From positions 88,598,001-88,662,000 of the forward strand of contig OX597816.1 of the NCBI GenBank assembly GCA_951406725.2: 64,000 bases of DNA. Reading direction: 5' to 3'. This document shows positions 13,031-25,431 of the stretch, piece by piece (the first letter of the stretch is position 1; every line of letters begins with the position of its first letter). A program made the translations under genes and the position numbers. Under the pieces are notes generated by a model. That model was given only the letters and a program-made list of their open reading frames with translations, was not told the DNA's origin and ran no database searches. This stretch comes from Octopus vulgaris. Its lineage: Eukaryota.

Positions 13031-15344
13031 GTCCTTTTGGTACGAAAGTGCCATTTGGCAGAACTTTGAGTGTTGCATTCCTAATTCGTATTGTTAAACC
13101 GAACAGATGTTGTCCATGCTGCTGATTGCAGTGCTAATTCCTCTTCATAGAACAATGTTGGAAGTTTTCTTTCGTCTGTTTACGTTGGACGATGTAGAAA
13201 GAATGAACAGGAAGTTCTCTCTTTGACAAACTAATTTACGCTTTAAAAAACTAATGTCACAATGAAGAAGGAAACTCATTATTTCATGAAATGTTTATAA
13301 AAGATGTGCGACAGCATAAAATTGAAGTGGCATCTGTGACTATAGTTTTGGGAACAACCGTTGTTATACGGCATTAAGCTTTGTTGGTTAAAGAGATCTT
13401 AAATGTATGGGGCACCTTGATTGTTCCCGGTTATGTTGAAGCGGGATGTGTCTCAGTAGTGCAACTAGGCCAGGGATAATTTGGAGATTGCCCTTGCTGA
13501 CCACAATGAAAGTCTTCTAAATAAGACCACCCAAACTATCTGCATCGATGCACATACACCTTACAGACAACCATCGCAGAGCTCCACCACTAGCCCTGCT
13601 AAAGAATGCACAGGTGTCGATATTCTAGAAACTATAAAAATATATTTAGCAGCAGCGCCGAAGTCCCCATCACCACCACCACCTTCACCACCACCAGTGC
13701 CTACATCAATCCAACTACTTCCACCAGCATTGCAGCAATGTTACTACTACCACCACCACTATCACCACTAGCGTCAAGAACAACTGTATAGTCTAATGCA
13801 TAGCTGAATTTCAGAATCTTGTGAAGTTAATAATGAAGTCATTTTTGTTTCCCGTCTGTAAACGATTGCCTGATTGCATAGTCGTTGATGGCTTCAAATT
13901 GCATTAGGTCCTTTGGGCGAGAACAAATGAACTGGTGATTGGTTGTGCAGTGATTGATTTGTTTTGCCGACTTCAAACCTGTAAAATGTACTTGCGCACT
14001 TCTATCTGTTCGTTTGATTTAGTGTGCTTGTGTCTCTATGTTTCTGTTGTATTATTCCTTGGATGTTAGTGAGTCTTCGTGTGTATATGTGCGTGTGTAC
14101 TCGTGTACGTGTGTTCGTATGTGCATTTGTAGTTTGTGGGTTTCTGCAATCCAGTGTTTATGGTTGCTGAGTTGGGTTTTTTTTTTATCTTTGTGAGTGT
14201 ATTTGTTCTTTAGTCCCAGGTCAAACCTGATTGAGCAGACACATGATCAAAAGCATTTCAGCCATAACTACTTCGACATTTTAAAAGTATGTAAGACTAC
14301 GTTATATAACAAGCCTTTTCCATATTTAAAATGGTAAAGTATACGTTTCGTTTTTTAGATGTAGCAGCTATTTCCGTGAGTTTGAATGATCAAGGAGAGG
14401 TATTTATGATTTATGTGTCTATATATACGTGTGTGTGCGTGCGTGCGTGCATGCGTGTGCGTGTGTGTGTGTGTGTGTGTGAGTGTGTGTGTGCGTGTGC
14501 GCGTGTGTCACGATATATATTTTCATACACATTTGTTTATGTATGTGTGCTTAAATTTCTCGTGTGTGCTAGTCTCTGATATGTGCGAGAAGGCTGGCAT
14601 ATATATATATATATATATATATATACGTGTACTTGTATATGTAAGTGTGCGTGTGTCTCTCTGTCTGTCTATCTGTCTGTGTGCGAGCGTGTGGCAGGAG
14701 ATGGATTATCCAGTGTTTTGTGCGGGTTCATAATAGTGTTATGTAGGGAACCTTGTTAACATGTGACCTTTGTTTCTTTGCATTTTTGGTTGAATAACAA
14801 ACACATTAACAACCAATTCTCGACATAAACAAGAGGACTTCTTGATTCTAAGAAATTTATCTGTACGTGTATATACTACTCGAGTGAGAAAATTACATAT
14901 ACTTCAGCAATTCACCGCCAGAGACACTGAATTTATAGATGACAAACACTGGTAATGTCGCCCTATAGTTATATAACACATCGCAATCGAAAATTGCTCG
15001 TTACTTCAATGCAATACTATATAGCATTACCTGCAGAAATTTTGCAATTATTTTGAAAACTTTTAGAATATAATCTTATAGAAAATCTTGAAATACGTAA
15101 TTTCTTCTGAAATTATAATTTATTTGAATCTTTCGACGCTAAATATTTTGTTTAAGTCCACGTCTATATCACTGGAAGTATTTATTAGGAGAGAGCAACT
15201 CTGTAAATAATATTATTTGTTATAAACCTGTCATACTTCTATCTTGGGATTTCTTAACTATTATTATTCATATTTTCAAACTAAGCAATCTTAACTATGA
15301 ATGAAATGGAACACAAACTAAGATATTATTCTTCTCAACTAAAT

Positions 15345-15464
15345 ATTATGTTGATAAAGCTTTAGGGTTCAGTCTCACTACAAGGCACCATAGACAAGTG
15401 TTTTTTTTTAAAATAGTACCTAGTCGATCAAAGCCTAGTCACTGGAATCGGTAGGCAGAAAATA
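15345..15464 (+). mobile_element. SINE family B 5' remnant, interrupted by a family-A SINE
   Basis: gggttcagtctcactacaaggcaccatagacaagtgt..atcaaagcctagtcactggaatcggtaggcagaaa resembles the head/core of the copy at 61043. Confidence 0.6.
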
Positions 15465-15679
15465 AGGCTGCGAGCTGGCAGAACTGTTAGCACGACGGAC
15501 GGAATGTTTAGCGGTATTTCGTCTGCCGTTACGATCTGAGTTCAAATTCCGCCGAGGTCGACTCTGCTTCTCGTCCTTTCGGGTTCGATAAATTAAGTAC
15601 CAGTTATGCACTGATGTGGATGTAATCGGCTTAATCCATTTGTCTGTCCTTGTTTATCCCCTCTACGTTTAGCTCCTTG

Positions 15680-15680
<1 letters not shown>
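15465..15680 (+). mobile_element. SINE family A copy
   Basis: aggctgcgagctggcagaactgttagcacg..tgagttcaaattccgccgaggtcgac..tttagctccttgt. Confidence 0.92.
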
Positions 15681-15755
<75 letters not shown>

Positions 15756-15837
15756 CATACATACATGCATACATACATATATATGTATACACATGCACAA
15801 ACACACGCGCACACACACACATATATATATACATACA

Positions 15838-16012
15838 TTGGTTCCAAATTTTCCGACAAGGCCAGCAACGACGGGGGAAGGGGCGAGTCGATTACATCGA
15901 TCCCAGTAATCAACTTATTTTATCGACTCCGAAAGGATGAAAGGGAAAGTTTGACCTCTGCGGAATTTGAACTCAGGACACGAAGACGGATGAAATGTCG
16001 CTATACCTGCCG
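15838..16012 (-). mobile_element. SINE family A copy, tail-to-tail with the previous copy
   Basis: gagtcgattacatcgatcccagt..aaaggatgaaagggaaagtttgacctctgcggaatttgaactcag is the reverse complement of family A. Confidence 0.85.
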
Positions 16013-16420
16013 TGTTTATATATATATATATATATACAAATTGAGATAGGGGTTGTTGTAAGTGCAACCCTCCATTGGATAACATATATCCAATATACTG
16101 CTAGTGAAGTACCCAACAAAGTAATACATAAATGTTAAGAATTGCGATGCAGTTAATTCATTTACTGTATTACATGGGCAAAGGTAAAATGTTTTACCAC
16201 AAATTAATAATACAAAATAAGAAAATGGAGAAACACATCTTAATCAATGATCAACTACCAGATAATACCGAATCATATAATTTATTAAACCACTACATAT
16301 GAACATTAAGGTCAAACATAATAATATAGAACAAAACAATGTACATGAAAGAGTAATACGATACAATAAGTATAGTATGTATAAGTGAATATAAATAAAT
16401 ACAAATATATATATAAACTA

Positions 16421-16549
16421 CATCTTACAGCTGTTTCAGCCATGCAGATATGGGTGCCTCATTATGCTCATATTAGCCATGTGTGATAGGTTAATATGAA
16501 GTTATAAATGAGACACTTACAAAAATATCCCAAGGCCTCTTCAGAGATT
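16421..16549 (-). ncRNA. Type I hammerhead ribozyme motif with extended stem II
   Basis: Minus strand: atct-CTGAAGA-ggcc...ggct-GAAAC-AGCT-GTA-agat; stem I atct/agat, palindromic stem III ACAGCTGT, cleavage triplet GUA; stem II continues with ggatat/atatct, gtgtctcatt/aatgaggcac and catattaacc/ggctaatatg. Confidence 0.8.
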
Positions 16550-16675
16550 ATGAAGAACAAACTAAATTAAATATGAAAATCAAAGGAGGTACACCCATAC
16601 AATAGTGGGTACATACCCTTGATATATCATATATAATATAATATACACATACATATGAGTGCATATATCCATACT

Positions 16676-16732
<57 letters not shown>

Positions 16733-16894
16733 TACAGCAATATACATGCATATGTTCTATATTCAAGGTTACATTTAGTCACAACAATATATTAGAATAT
16801 TACAATATAGAAACATACACATAACTATACTCAAATGCAGATATACAAAGTCAATAATTCATTATATTAAATTACAAAATGCCATTAATATTAA

Positions 16895-17052
<158 letters not shown>

Positions 17053-17660
17053 ATGGCATTAATACCAGCAAAACAATATATGCATCACGCGGTTAGCAAC
17101 ATAATAGCAAAAACAACGACAACAATAATACTACAGTACCATGCAAAGCATTAAGATCGGCAGATACATATAAAAAGAAAGATGGAAAACATTGATTTAC
17201 TTAGTAGAAAATTCCACAGGTGTGCAAGCGTTTACCCGGACTGATATATATGCAAAGTATTAAGTTCAGAGATCGTTAGATATCGAACGGCCAATGCGAT
17301 TGGCCTGCACATTTGAATTTCAATTGTCTTCGTTACGGTTGGTTTGTTAAAAATACTCACATACGTATACACGAATATCTGCGCTTACACATATATACAT
17401 GGATAAATCACAATACAGGAAATACTAGCTTACATACACATAGTTTATATTTATATTTGTATTTATTTATATTCACTTATACATACTGTACTTATTGTAT
17501 CTTATTACTCTTTCATGTACGTTGTTTTGTTCTTTATTATTATGTTTGACCTTAATGTTCATATGTTGTGGTTTAATAAATTATATGATTGGGTATTATC
17601 TGGTAGTTGATCATTGATTAAGATGTGTTTCTCCATTTTCTTATTTTGTATATATATATA

Positions 17661-17861
17661 TAGTTAATCCAAACATGAAAGCACAAAAAGAACACAACAA
17701 CGCGAGGACGTGGAACAAATATAGTATTATTGGACGCTCAGGAAAGAAGGAAAGAAGGAGGGTTTAACGTTTCGTCGGAAACATAGGAGAAGGAAAGATC
17801 CAGAGAAGGGAAGACAGAGGAAAAAATATCGCCAACGGTACACACGCGGTCACATTTTGAA
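17661..17861 (-). mobile_element. Second Penelope-like pLTR fragment with a collapsed hammerhead
   Basis: Purine-rich element between TA runs; minus strand gtttc-cgac-GAAACGTTA-aac at ~17762-17782 retains the GAAAC core and stem I but lacks stem II. Confidence 0.45.
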
Positions 17862-17894
<33 letters not shown>

Positions 17895-17905
<11 letters not shown>

Positions 17906-18399
17906 TCTAGTTGTGTGAGTGTCTGTCCACTTCGATTTAGATTCCTAACTCCTCCCACATTTTGCGGTGCAGTTTAACCAAATTCGGGTATCTTATAGTC
18001 GGGATTCATATCGAGTCCGTCTGGCTATTAGCGCGCGTCAACGATGAGTCTACGATTTTAAAAATAATTTAACATAATTTTTTATTCCATTTTAATGCGT
18101 AATCTTTCGTGTATCAATGGCGACGGAGTTGGCGTCCACGCTCACAGCTGCAGCTGTTTGCTTCTCCCCCTTCCCTCCCTCGTGAAGCTGTGGGGAAGGG
18201 AGTGTAAAGAAATCAACGTCGTAATGCGTTGTCAAGGAGACCAGCGTTCTTTTAGAACAACGACTTCATGGATTGAAAACATCAAAACAGAAATGGCTAA
18301 GAAAGCCCGAATTGGCATCTATAAGGGAAGTAACTCTCTAAAAATGCTTATATAGTTATTTCCCTTACAAACCCGAGCAACGCCGGGCGATACTGCTAG
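17895..18399 (+). mobile_element. Non-autonomous Helitron, copy 1
   Basis: 3' hairpin cccgagcaacgccggg, then CTAG (18396-18399) followed by T; subterminal inverted repeat taagggaagtaact/agttatttccctta; 5' end lies in a TA run. Confidence 0.85.
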
Positions 18400-18792
18400 T
18401 ATATATATATATATATATGAATGTCTGTGTGTGTGTGTGTGTGTGTGTATGTGTGTCTGCGTGTGTGTGCGTGTATGTGTGTGTGTGTGCGCGTGCGAGT
18501 TACCAAAGCTACATTCGCAATGTGCAGTCTCTTGGCATTTCGATTTTGCTAACACTTTGTAACGAAGTGTGATTTTAATTGTTGGTAGCAGTCTAAATTT
18601 AAATTCCCTCCACAATTTGTCAAATACAAAATCTAAATGATAAAAATAATAAATATTATAATTAAAGAGTTTCAAGCACAAACATTTATAGTTACACACT
18701 GAAAATTCTAATAAGTATTGCAAACGGTCTTTTATATGAAAGAAACAGCATCAACACTAACAAAATCAATAATTTAACTGCAGCATTTTGAA

Positions 18793-18825
<33 letters not shown>

Positions 18826-18831
<6 letters not shown>

Positions 18832-19330
18832 TAAAACTCTAGTTGTGTGAGTGTCTGTCCACTTCGATTTAGATTCCTAACTCCTCCCACATTTTGCGGT
18901 GCAGTTTAACCAAATTCGGGTATCTTATAGTCGGGATTCATATCGAGCCCGTCTGGCTATTAGCGCGCGTCAACGATGAGTCTACGATTTTAAAAATAAT
19001 TTAACATAATTTTTTATTCCATTTTAATGCGTAATCTTTCGTGTGTCAATGGCGGCGGAGTTGGCGTCCACGCTCACAGCTGCAGCTGTTTGCTTCTCCC
19101 CTTCCCTCCCTCGTGAAGCTGTGGGGAAGGGAGTGTGAAGAAATCAACGTCGTAATGCGTTGTCAAGGAGACCAGCGTTCTTTTAGAACAACGACTTCAT
19201 GGATTGAAAACATCAAAACAGAAATGGCTAAGAAAGCCCGAATTGGCATCTATAAGGGAAGTAACTCTCTAAAAATGCTTATATAGTTATTTCCCTTACA
19301 AACCCGAGCAACGCCGGGCGATACTGCTAG
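18826..19330 (+). mobile_element. Non-autonomous Helitron, copy 2
   Basis: Same structure as copy 1; CTAG at 19327-19330. Confidence 0.85.
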
Positions 19331-20924
19331 TATATATATATATATGAATGTCTGTGTGTGTGTGTGTGTGTGTGTATGTGTGTCTGCGTGTGTGTGCGTG
19401 TGTGTGTGTGTGCGTGCGCGTGCGAGTTACCAAAGCTACATTCGCAATGTGCAGTCTCTTGGCATTTCGATTTTGCTAACACTTTGTAACGAAGTGTGAG
19501 CAGTCTAAATTTAAATTCCCTCCACAATTTGTCAAATACAAAATCTAAATGATAAAAATAATAAATATTATAATTAAAGAGTTTCAAGCACAAACATTTA
19601 TAGTTACACACTGAAAATTCTAAAAGTATTGCAAACGGTCTTTTATATGAAAGAAACAGCATCAACACTAACAAAATCAATAATTTAACTGCAGCTGCTT
19701 TCTTTTTTTTTTTTTTTTTGTTTTTCTTCTTTATCGTAAAACTGTTCGTGAATCATATCTGGAAGAAGGAAAAAGCGACATATCGCAATTATGAATGTCT
19801 TATTGGCTATGGTTGTTATCAGAGTAAGGGCAAGATAGAGAAAAAACATATCTGTTTCTTCTAATAAGATGTAGGATACCCACGTGCCTTGGAAAATGTT
19901 AATGGTGAATTTAGAAGACCCACTTTTCAACCATAGTGGGGAACAGAAAGTTCAGAGCGAAAGATTATTGGTGCTATGAGATTGCTTGTTCCAGGTAATT
20001 TTTTACACCGCGATGATTTTTTTTTTTGTGTGTGTTTACTATATTTTTAACCTTGTATATGCTAGGATTATTCCAGTTTATTGTTCATGTACATACCTGT
20101 ATATTTTCTAAACATTTTAAAGGTAATATGTTGTGCTCCGTGTGGCCTGTTGTGTTGTTACTAAAATGTGTGGTGCTTTGGCATAATTGCTGGAGAGCCA
20201 AAATGCTATACAGCACCTTCTGGTCGAGGCCATGTTTAATTTTCCTCCATTCAGAGACGAAAATCTACAGTACCAATAGAATCTATAAACTACCTCTTTT
20301 AGAATATTCTGGACATTTTTCTGTTTTAGAAACAATTAAATATATGTGAGGAGACTTCTATGTATATTCCTGTGTAGATATGTGTGTTTGCGTGCTTATG
20401 TGTGTGCATGTATTCATATGTATGAGTGTGTGCGCGCGTGCGTATGTGTTCACGTCTTCCGTCTAGAATACACAGAGTTACACATGGTGTGGATTTGATA
20501 TCTCGTCAGTTAGCTGTTTGTCGCACATATTTCTTGAATGTCTAAAACTAGATGTGAGGAGAAGTGATGTTAGGAAGCAAAATAAAAAAAGGCAAAATTA
20601 GAACCAAAATTTGTATATTCTCTTTCTGTGTGTATTTTTCGCGCACACAAATACTTGCATAGGTAGGTAGATATAGAATGGATACAGATGCACAAGAGTT
20701 AGAATAATTTTCGAGTACTAAATTTTCTTCCAGCATAAGAAGGCCAGGGACAATAAAAAAACCGATTGTTTCCAGTATCTCCCGTCGTAAACGCTGTAAA
20801 TTTCAAACAGAACAAATAAATAAGTTTGCCCTTAGGAAGCAATTCTTAATGCAGATTTATGAGAAATGTCCTTTTATGTCAACGTCCAAGTGCAATATAG
20901 CCAGTAGTAGTAGTAGTAATAATA

Positions 20925-21440
20925 ATCTCTTCTCTTATAGGCACTGGATCTGAAGTTTTGATCGAAATGCTAGAAATGACAAAGAGCTCGTAGGGCTGTT
21001 AACAACTTTTAAACAGTTCAGTAATGACATCGGGACGAATTTTTGCCTTGAAAAGTGCACTTTGTAAGAGGCACTTTGTAGAAGAGGCAAGCTCAGGCAA
21101 GCAGCTTCCATTAAATTGAATACCGACACTACCATCAAGGAACTTAATCAAAAAGAGAGCTATAAATACTTAGGGATAAACGAAGGAGATGGTATATAAC
21201 ATGAAACTAGGAAGGAAAAAATACGAAAGGAGTATTACAGAGGAATATGACTCATACTGAAATCTGAACACGACTCCAAAAATCGCATCGAAGACATTAA
21301 CACCTTGACACTTCCAGTAATCTAATACAGTTTTAACATCATTGACTAGAATCTTAGAGAATTCCAACACTTGAACAGGAAGACAAGAATACTACTAACA
21401 TCTAAGAACATGCACCACCGAAAATCAGACGTCGAGAAAG
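20925..21440 (+). mobile_element. R4/Dong-clade LINE fragment (RT domains 5-7 and thumb)
   Basis: LDLKF (cf. YMDDLKLY), QFSNDIGTNFCLEKC, ESYKYLGINEGDGI, KEKIRKEYYRGI, NRKTRILLTSKNMHHRKSDVEK. Confidence 0.88.
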
Positions 21441-21656
21441 TTGTAACTAGACCCCACCCGCAAGGTTATGCGCTGTTTATCTTGCTATGAGATCACTATG
21501 TCGCGCACATATGGTTGTAATGCATGTACCTGGTGTATACGTACCAAACGGGTAGTCATGATGGCTATATTGGGCCACATATATTTGTACCTTAGTGCCA
21601 CTTTTGTCGCTGTTGGATTTGAACTCGTATGGAACGTAAAGAGCTGTAACGGTGCT

Positions 21657-21769
21657 GAAGAAGAAGAAGAAGAAGAAGAAGAAGAAGAAGAAGAAGAAGA
21701 AGAAGAAGAAGAAGAAGAAGAAGAAGAAGAAGAAGAAGAAGAAGAAGAAGAAGAAGAAGAAAAAGAAGA
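21657..21769. repeat. Pure (GAA)n microsatellite
   Basis: Directly visible. Confidence 0.97.
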
Positions 21770-22289
21770 CCACCATCAACAGCAAGAACAAAAACGACAA
21801 TGGTGAATGAAGAAGCTGAGTATATATATGACAACAGGAAGCGTTTGATAGTGTCACACAAATAATTGGGTACTCAAGGCTCTTGAGATATACAAAATGT
21901 TCCCTATCGTCTCCAAATTCTGACGAGGTAGCATGGTCAACTGGAATACACATCTCCTTCCAAACGATAGTAATGGGAAAGACAATCTAGAAAAATCAAA
22001 TAAGAGAAAGAAAATCCCAAAGCACAAGAAAATCAAGGAAAGAAAAAAATACGAAATGTTATTAAGAAGCAAAGAGATACGACTAAAAGCAAGGAGTTTA
22101 GAAAACAATCATCGTTTGAACATCTTTCAAGATTATCTAACTTGTAGAGAATGAAGTTAAATAAGCTGTTTCAAAACTAAATCATTTCCCCATTTGAACA
22201 AAGGCGCAGAAAGCAAACCTCCACATATATACACAACAATATGTATGTATGTATACCGATATGTAGTCATGTATGTTCATATATGGGAC

Positions 22290-22335
<46 letters not shown>

Positions 22336-22427
22336 GTATGTATATACATATATGTGTTTGTGTGTATCTTTATATGTATATGTATGTATATATATCAGCT
22401 ATTTTATATTTTTATATATATATGTAT

Positions 22428-22493
<66 letters not shown>

Positions 22494-22612
22494 GTATATA
22501 TATATAAATATATACACATTATATGCATATATGCATTTACATTCGTTTGTACATATACACATAAATATGTGATACATTTATAAATATATATTTGAATATA
22601 GCTGTTTATTTG

Positions 22613-22650
<38 letters not shown>

Positions 22651-22652
22651 CA
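22290..22652. repeat. (TA)n/(TG)n microsatellite cluster
   Basis: Directly visible. Confidence 0.9.
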
Positions 22653-23322
22653 TAAATACGTATATTCGCAAACATACACTCTCGCATAAAGACACACACA
22701 CGTATACAAACATTCTCAACGTTAGTCAACCGTACGAAATCTTTAGGCATGAGAACATAATTTTGTTTTCCAACTCTTAACACACTCACTACGTGTGTCT
22801 GTGTGAGTCTGTTTGTGTGTGTGTGTGTGAGTGTGAGCCTGTTTGTGTTCTCTAAAGAATTCTTCCACGTAAATAATATATACAGACATCACTGTGTTTC
22901 TTTGTTTGTCTATATCTCTGTGACTGTGTGGATATATATGGATGTTTGCGTGTGAGATGTTTTCTGCGCATATTTCTAAGTAATTGCGCAGATCTAATTC
23001 AAAGTTTTTATCTCATCATTTTTCTGGCGACCGAGAATGTTGTCTAATCTTTAACGAAGCAAAAATTCAAGTTTGTCGTAAATGAGTGGAAAAAGTTATG
23101 AGATTACACACTATAGTTACACAATAGGCATCACATCATCTTTGAACGCTGTATTTAATCTACAGTTGTTATAGCATATTCCCATCTCCTGTAACAAAAG
23201 AAATATATCCATAATGATAGTCACACTTCCCAAAAATATACATAGATATATATAAACACATACACACACAGACGCAAACATACATACACATATACATATA
23301 CATGTGTGTGTGCTCGCATATA

Positions 23323-23463
<141 letters not shown>

Positions 23464-23799
23464 ACATGTTTCCTTCTTTACGTTAGTAGTATATAGATAG
23501 ACCATAATAAACGTGGGTGGCCTTATATATATTTAATATATATATATTTAACCACTTGTTATACTATGGATTACGACTGTTTCGTAGCCTTCATCATATA
23601 ATGATAATTTCAGTCTACAGTAGATTATTTTACATGTCTGCGTTATATATGCTACGCATTGTACTATACAATTGTATATTTGTATATTTACAAATTTGAG
23701 CGAATAAATGATGCTATGTCAATAGATCAACAGAACATCACGGTTACACCAATTACACCAATTACACCAATGCTTCAACTCTAAGTTACTGGAACTTCT

Positions 23800-24430
23800 C
23801 TTGCTCTCACTGTTCTTGTATGTACGATTTCTACTAGTCAGCGCCAATGCATCTCTACAACCATCTCACGACTCTTATTTGCTCTTCGCATGAATGTTTA
23901 CAGCCTTCCTTTGTATGTTCGTACTTCAGACCAGAACCGTGAGTGTAATTTGGTTGCTTGAATAGTTGACCAATCTTAGGGTCAGATTGATTTATACTTT
24001 GTCACGTTATCATGTTATTCCACCATTACAATTACAGATTCTTGTCCACTTCAGCCAACACATTTTTGGGCGATACTCGTCACGTCAGAGTACATGATGG
24101 CTAAAGAATTTACTTGTCTGCTTTGCAGCCGATCGTTGATGCATTAATTGCTGGTTTCCTTTTGAAGTGCAAGTTACCCACGGTTTCATATTGCCTCTCT
24201 CTGTTAATGGATTTCATAGCATCCCCTAGCGTAATGTTTTCAATCTATTTTGTTTGGGGATTTAAATAACTGCACCTTATTGTCTTACCGCACACATACC
24301 GCATCTTCTATTCTTCCTCTTAGCATGGCTAGCGTGTCAGACCAATTAATGCCAGCTTTTTATTCCGGACTGAAAGCTATTTATTGGCCAACACAAGGAG
24401 CATGTAGATCTAACCAAAGAATGGTTCTTT
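23800..24430 (-). mobile_element. Degenerate L2/CR1-group LINE fragment (region between endonuclease and RT)
   Basis: Minus-strand KPWVT (~24190) and WWN (~24020) in the expected order. Confidence 0.35.
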
Positions 24431-24754
24431 TTTGCATCTGTCAATCGGTATAGATGGAGACGGTAATATCAACAATGATGGTTTTTGTCGGTTATGCTGT
24501 TGTTGTTGTTGTTGTTGTTGTCGTTGCTGCTGCTGCTGGGTTGTTTTTTTTTTTTTTTCTTTTGTCGTTGTGGCTGCTGATGCTGTTAGCGACGCTACTG
24601 AAATTGTTCAGATTATTAGGACTTTGCCTATTGTGTTTTATGACAGTTGCTACTGGTGCAAAGGCGAACAGTACAGGCTCTCCGTTGCTGCTGCTGCTGT
24701 TAATACTGGTGTTAGTAGTAATAGTAGCTCCGCTAACAATATTGCTGCTATGTA

Positions 24755-25140
24755 AGGCGGTGATCTGGTAGAAACGTTAGCACACCGAGCGAAATAATTA
24801 GCAGTATTTCGTCTGCCGTTACGTTGTGAGTACAAATTCCGCCGAGTTCGACTTTGCCTTTCATCCTTTCGGGGTCGATTAAATAAGTACCTGTCACGCA
24901 CTGGGGTCGATATAATCGACTTAATCCGTTTGTCTGTTCTTCTTTGTCCCCTCTGGGTAGTAAAGAAATAGTTATTTCGCCTGTCTTTACGGTCTGAGTT
25001 CAAACTCCGCCGAAGTCGATTTTGCCTTTCATCCTTTCGGGGTCGATAAACTAAGTATCAGTTGCGTACTGGTGTCGATCTAATCGACTGGTCCCATCCC
25101 CTAAAATTTCGGTCCTTGTACCTAGTGTAGAAAAGAATAT
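24755..25140 (+). mobile_element. Dimeric SINE family A (full monomer plus head-less second monomer)
   Basis: 24755-24970 monomer; 24971-25140 restarts at tatttcg..tgagttcaaa..gtcgattttgcctttcatcctttcggggtcgat and has a different tail. Confidence 0.92.
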
Positions 25141-25351
25141 CTCTGCTCTGTTTCGTCTCTTGCGTTTTCGCAGCGACTGTAGTTGGGATTGTTGTTGTCG
25201 CTATTATTATTGCTGCTGCTGCTAGTAGTCTTGATGAGGCTGTTCCCATCGCAGTTAATGCTGCTGACAGTGTCTAGTGGGTAGTGATTAGTACTAATTG
25301 TGATTGGATGTATGTAAAAGTGATGATGACGATGATGATTACACGAACAGA

Positions 25352-25431
<80 letters not shown>

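Larger units (their letters stand above)
17853..19695 (+). repeat. Near-identical tandem duplication (units 17853-18783 and 18784-19695)
   Basis: Both units start cattttgaattaat and end aatttaactgcag; they differ by a few SNPs, microsatellite lengths and a 15-bp deletion in unit 2. Confidence 0.97.

Noticed and set aside
13481-13791. Pro/Thr-rich ORFs
   Set aside because: Derived from degenerate (CAC)/(CAG) low-complexity sequence; no splice or domain support.
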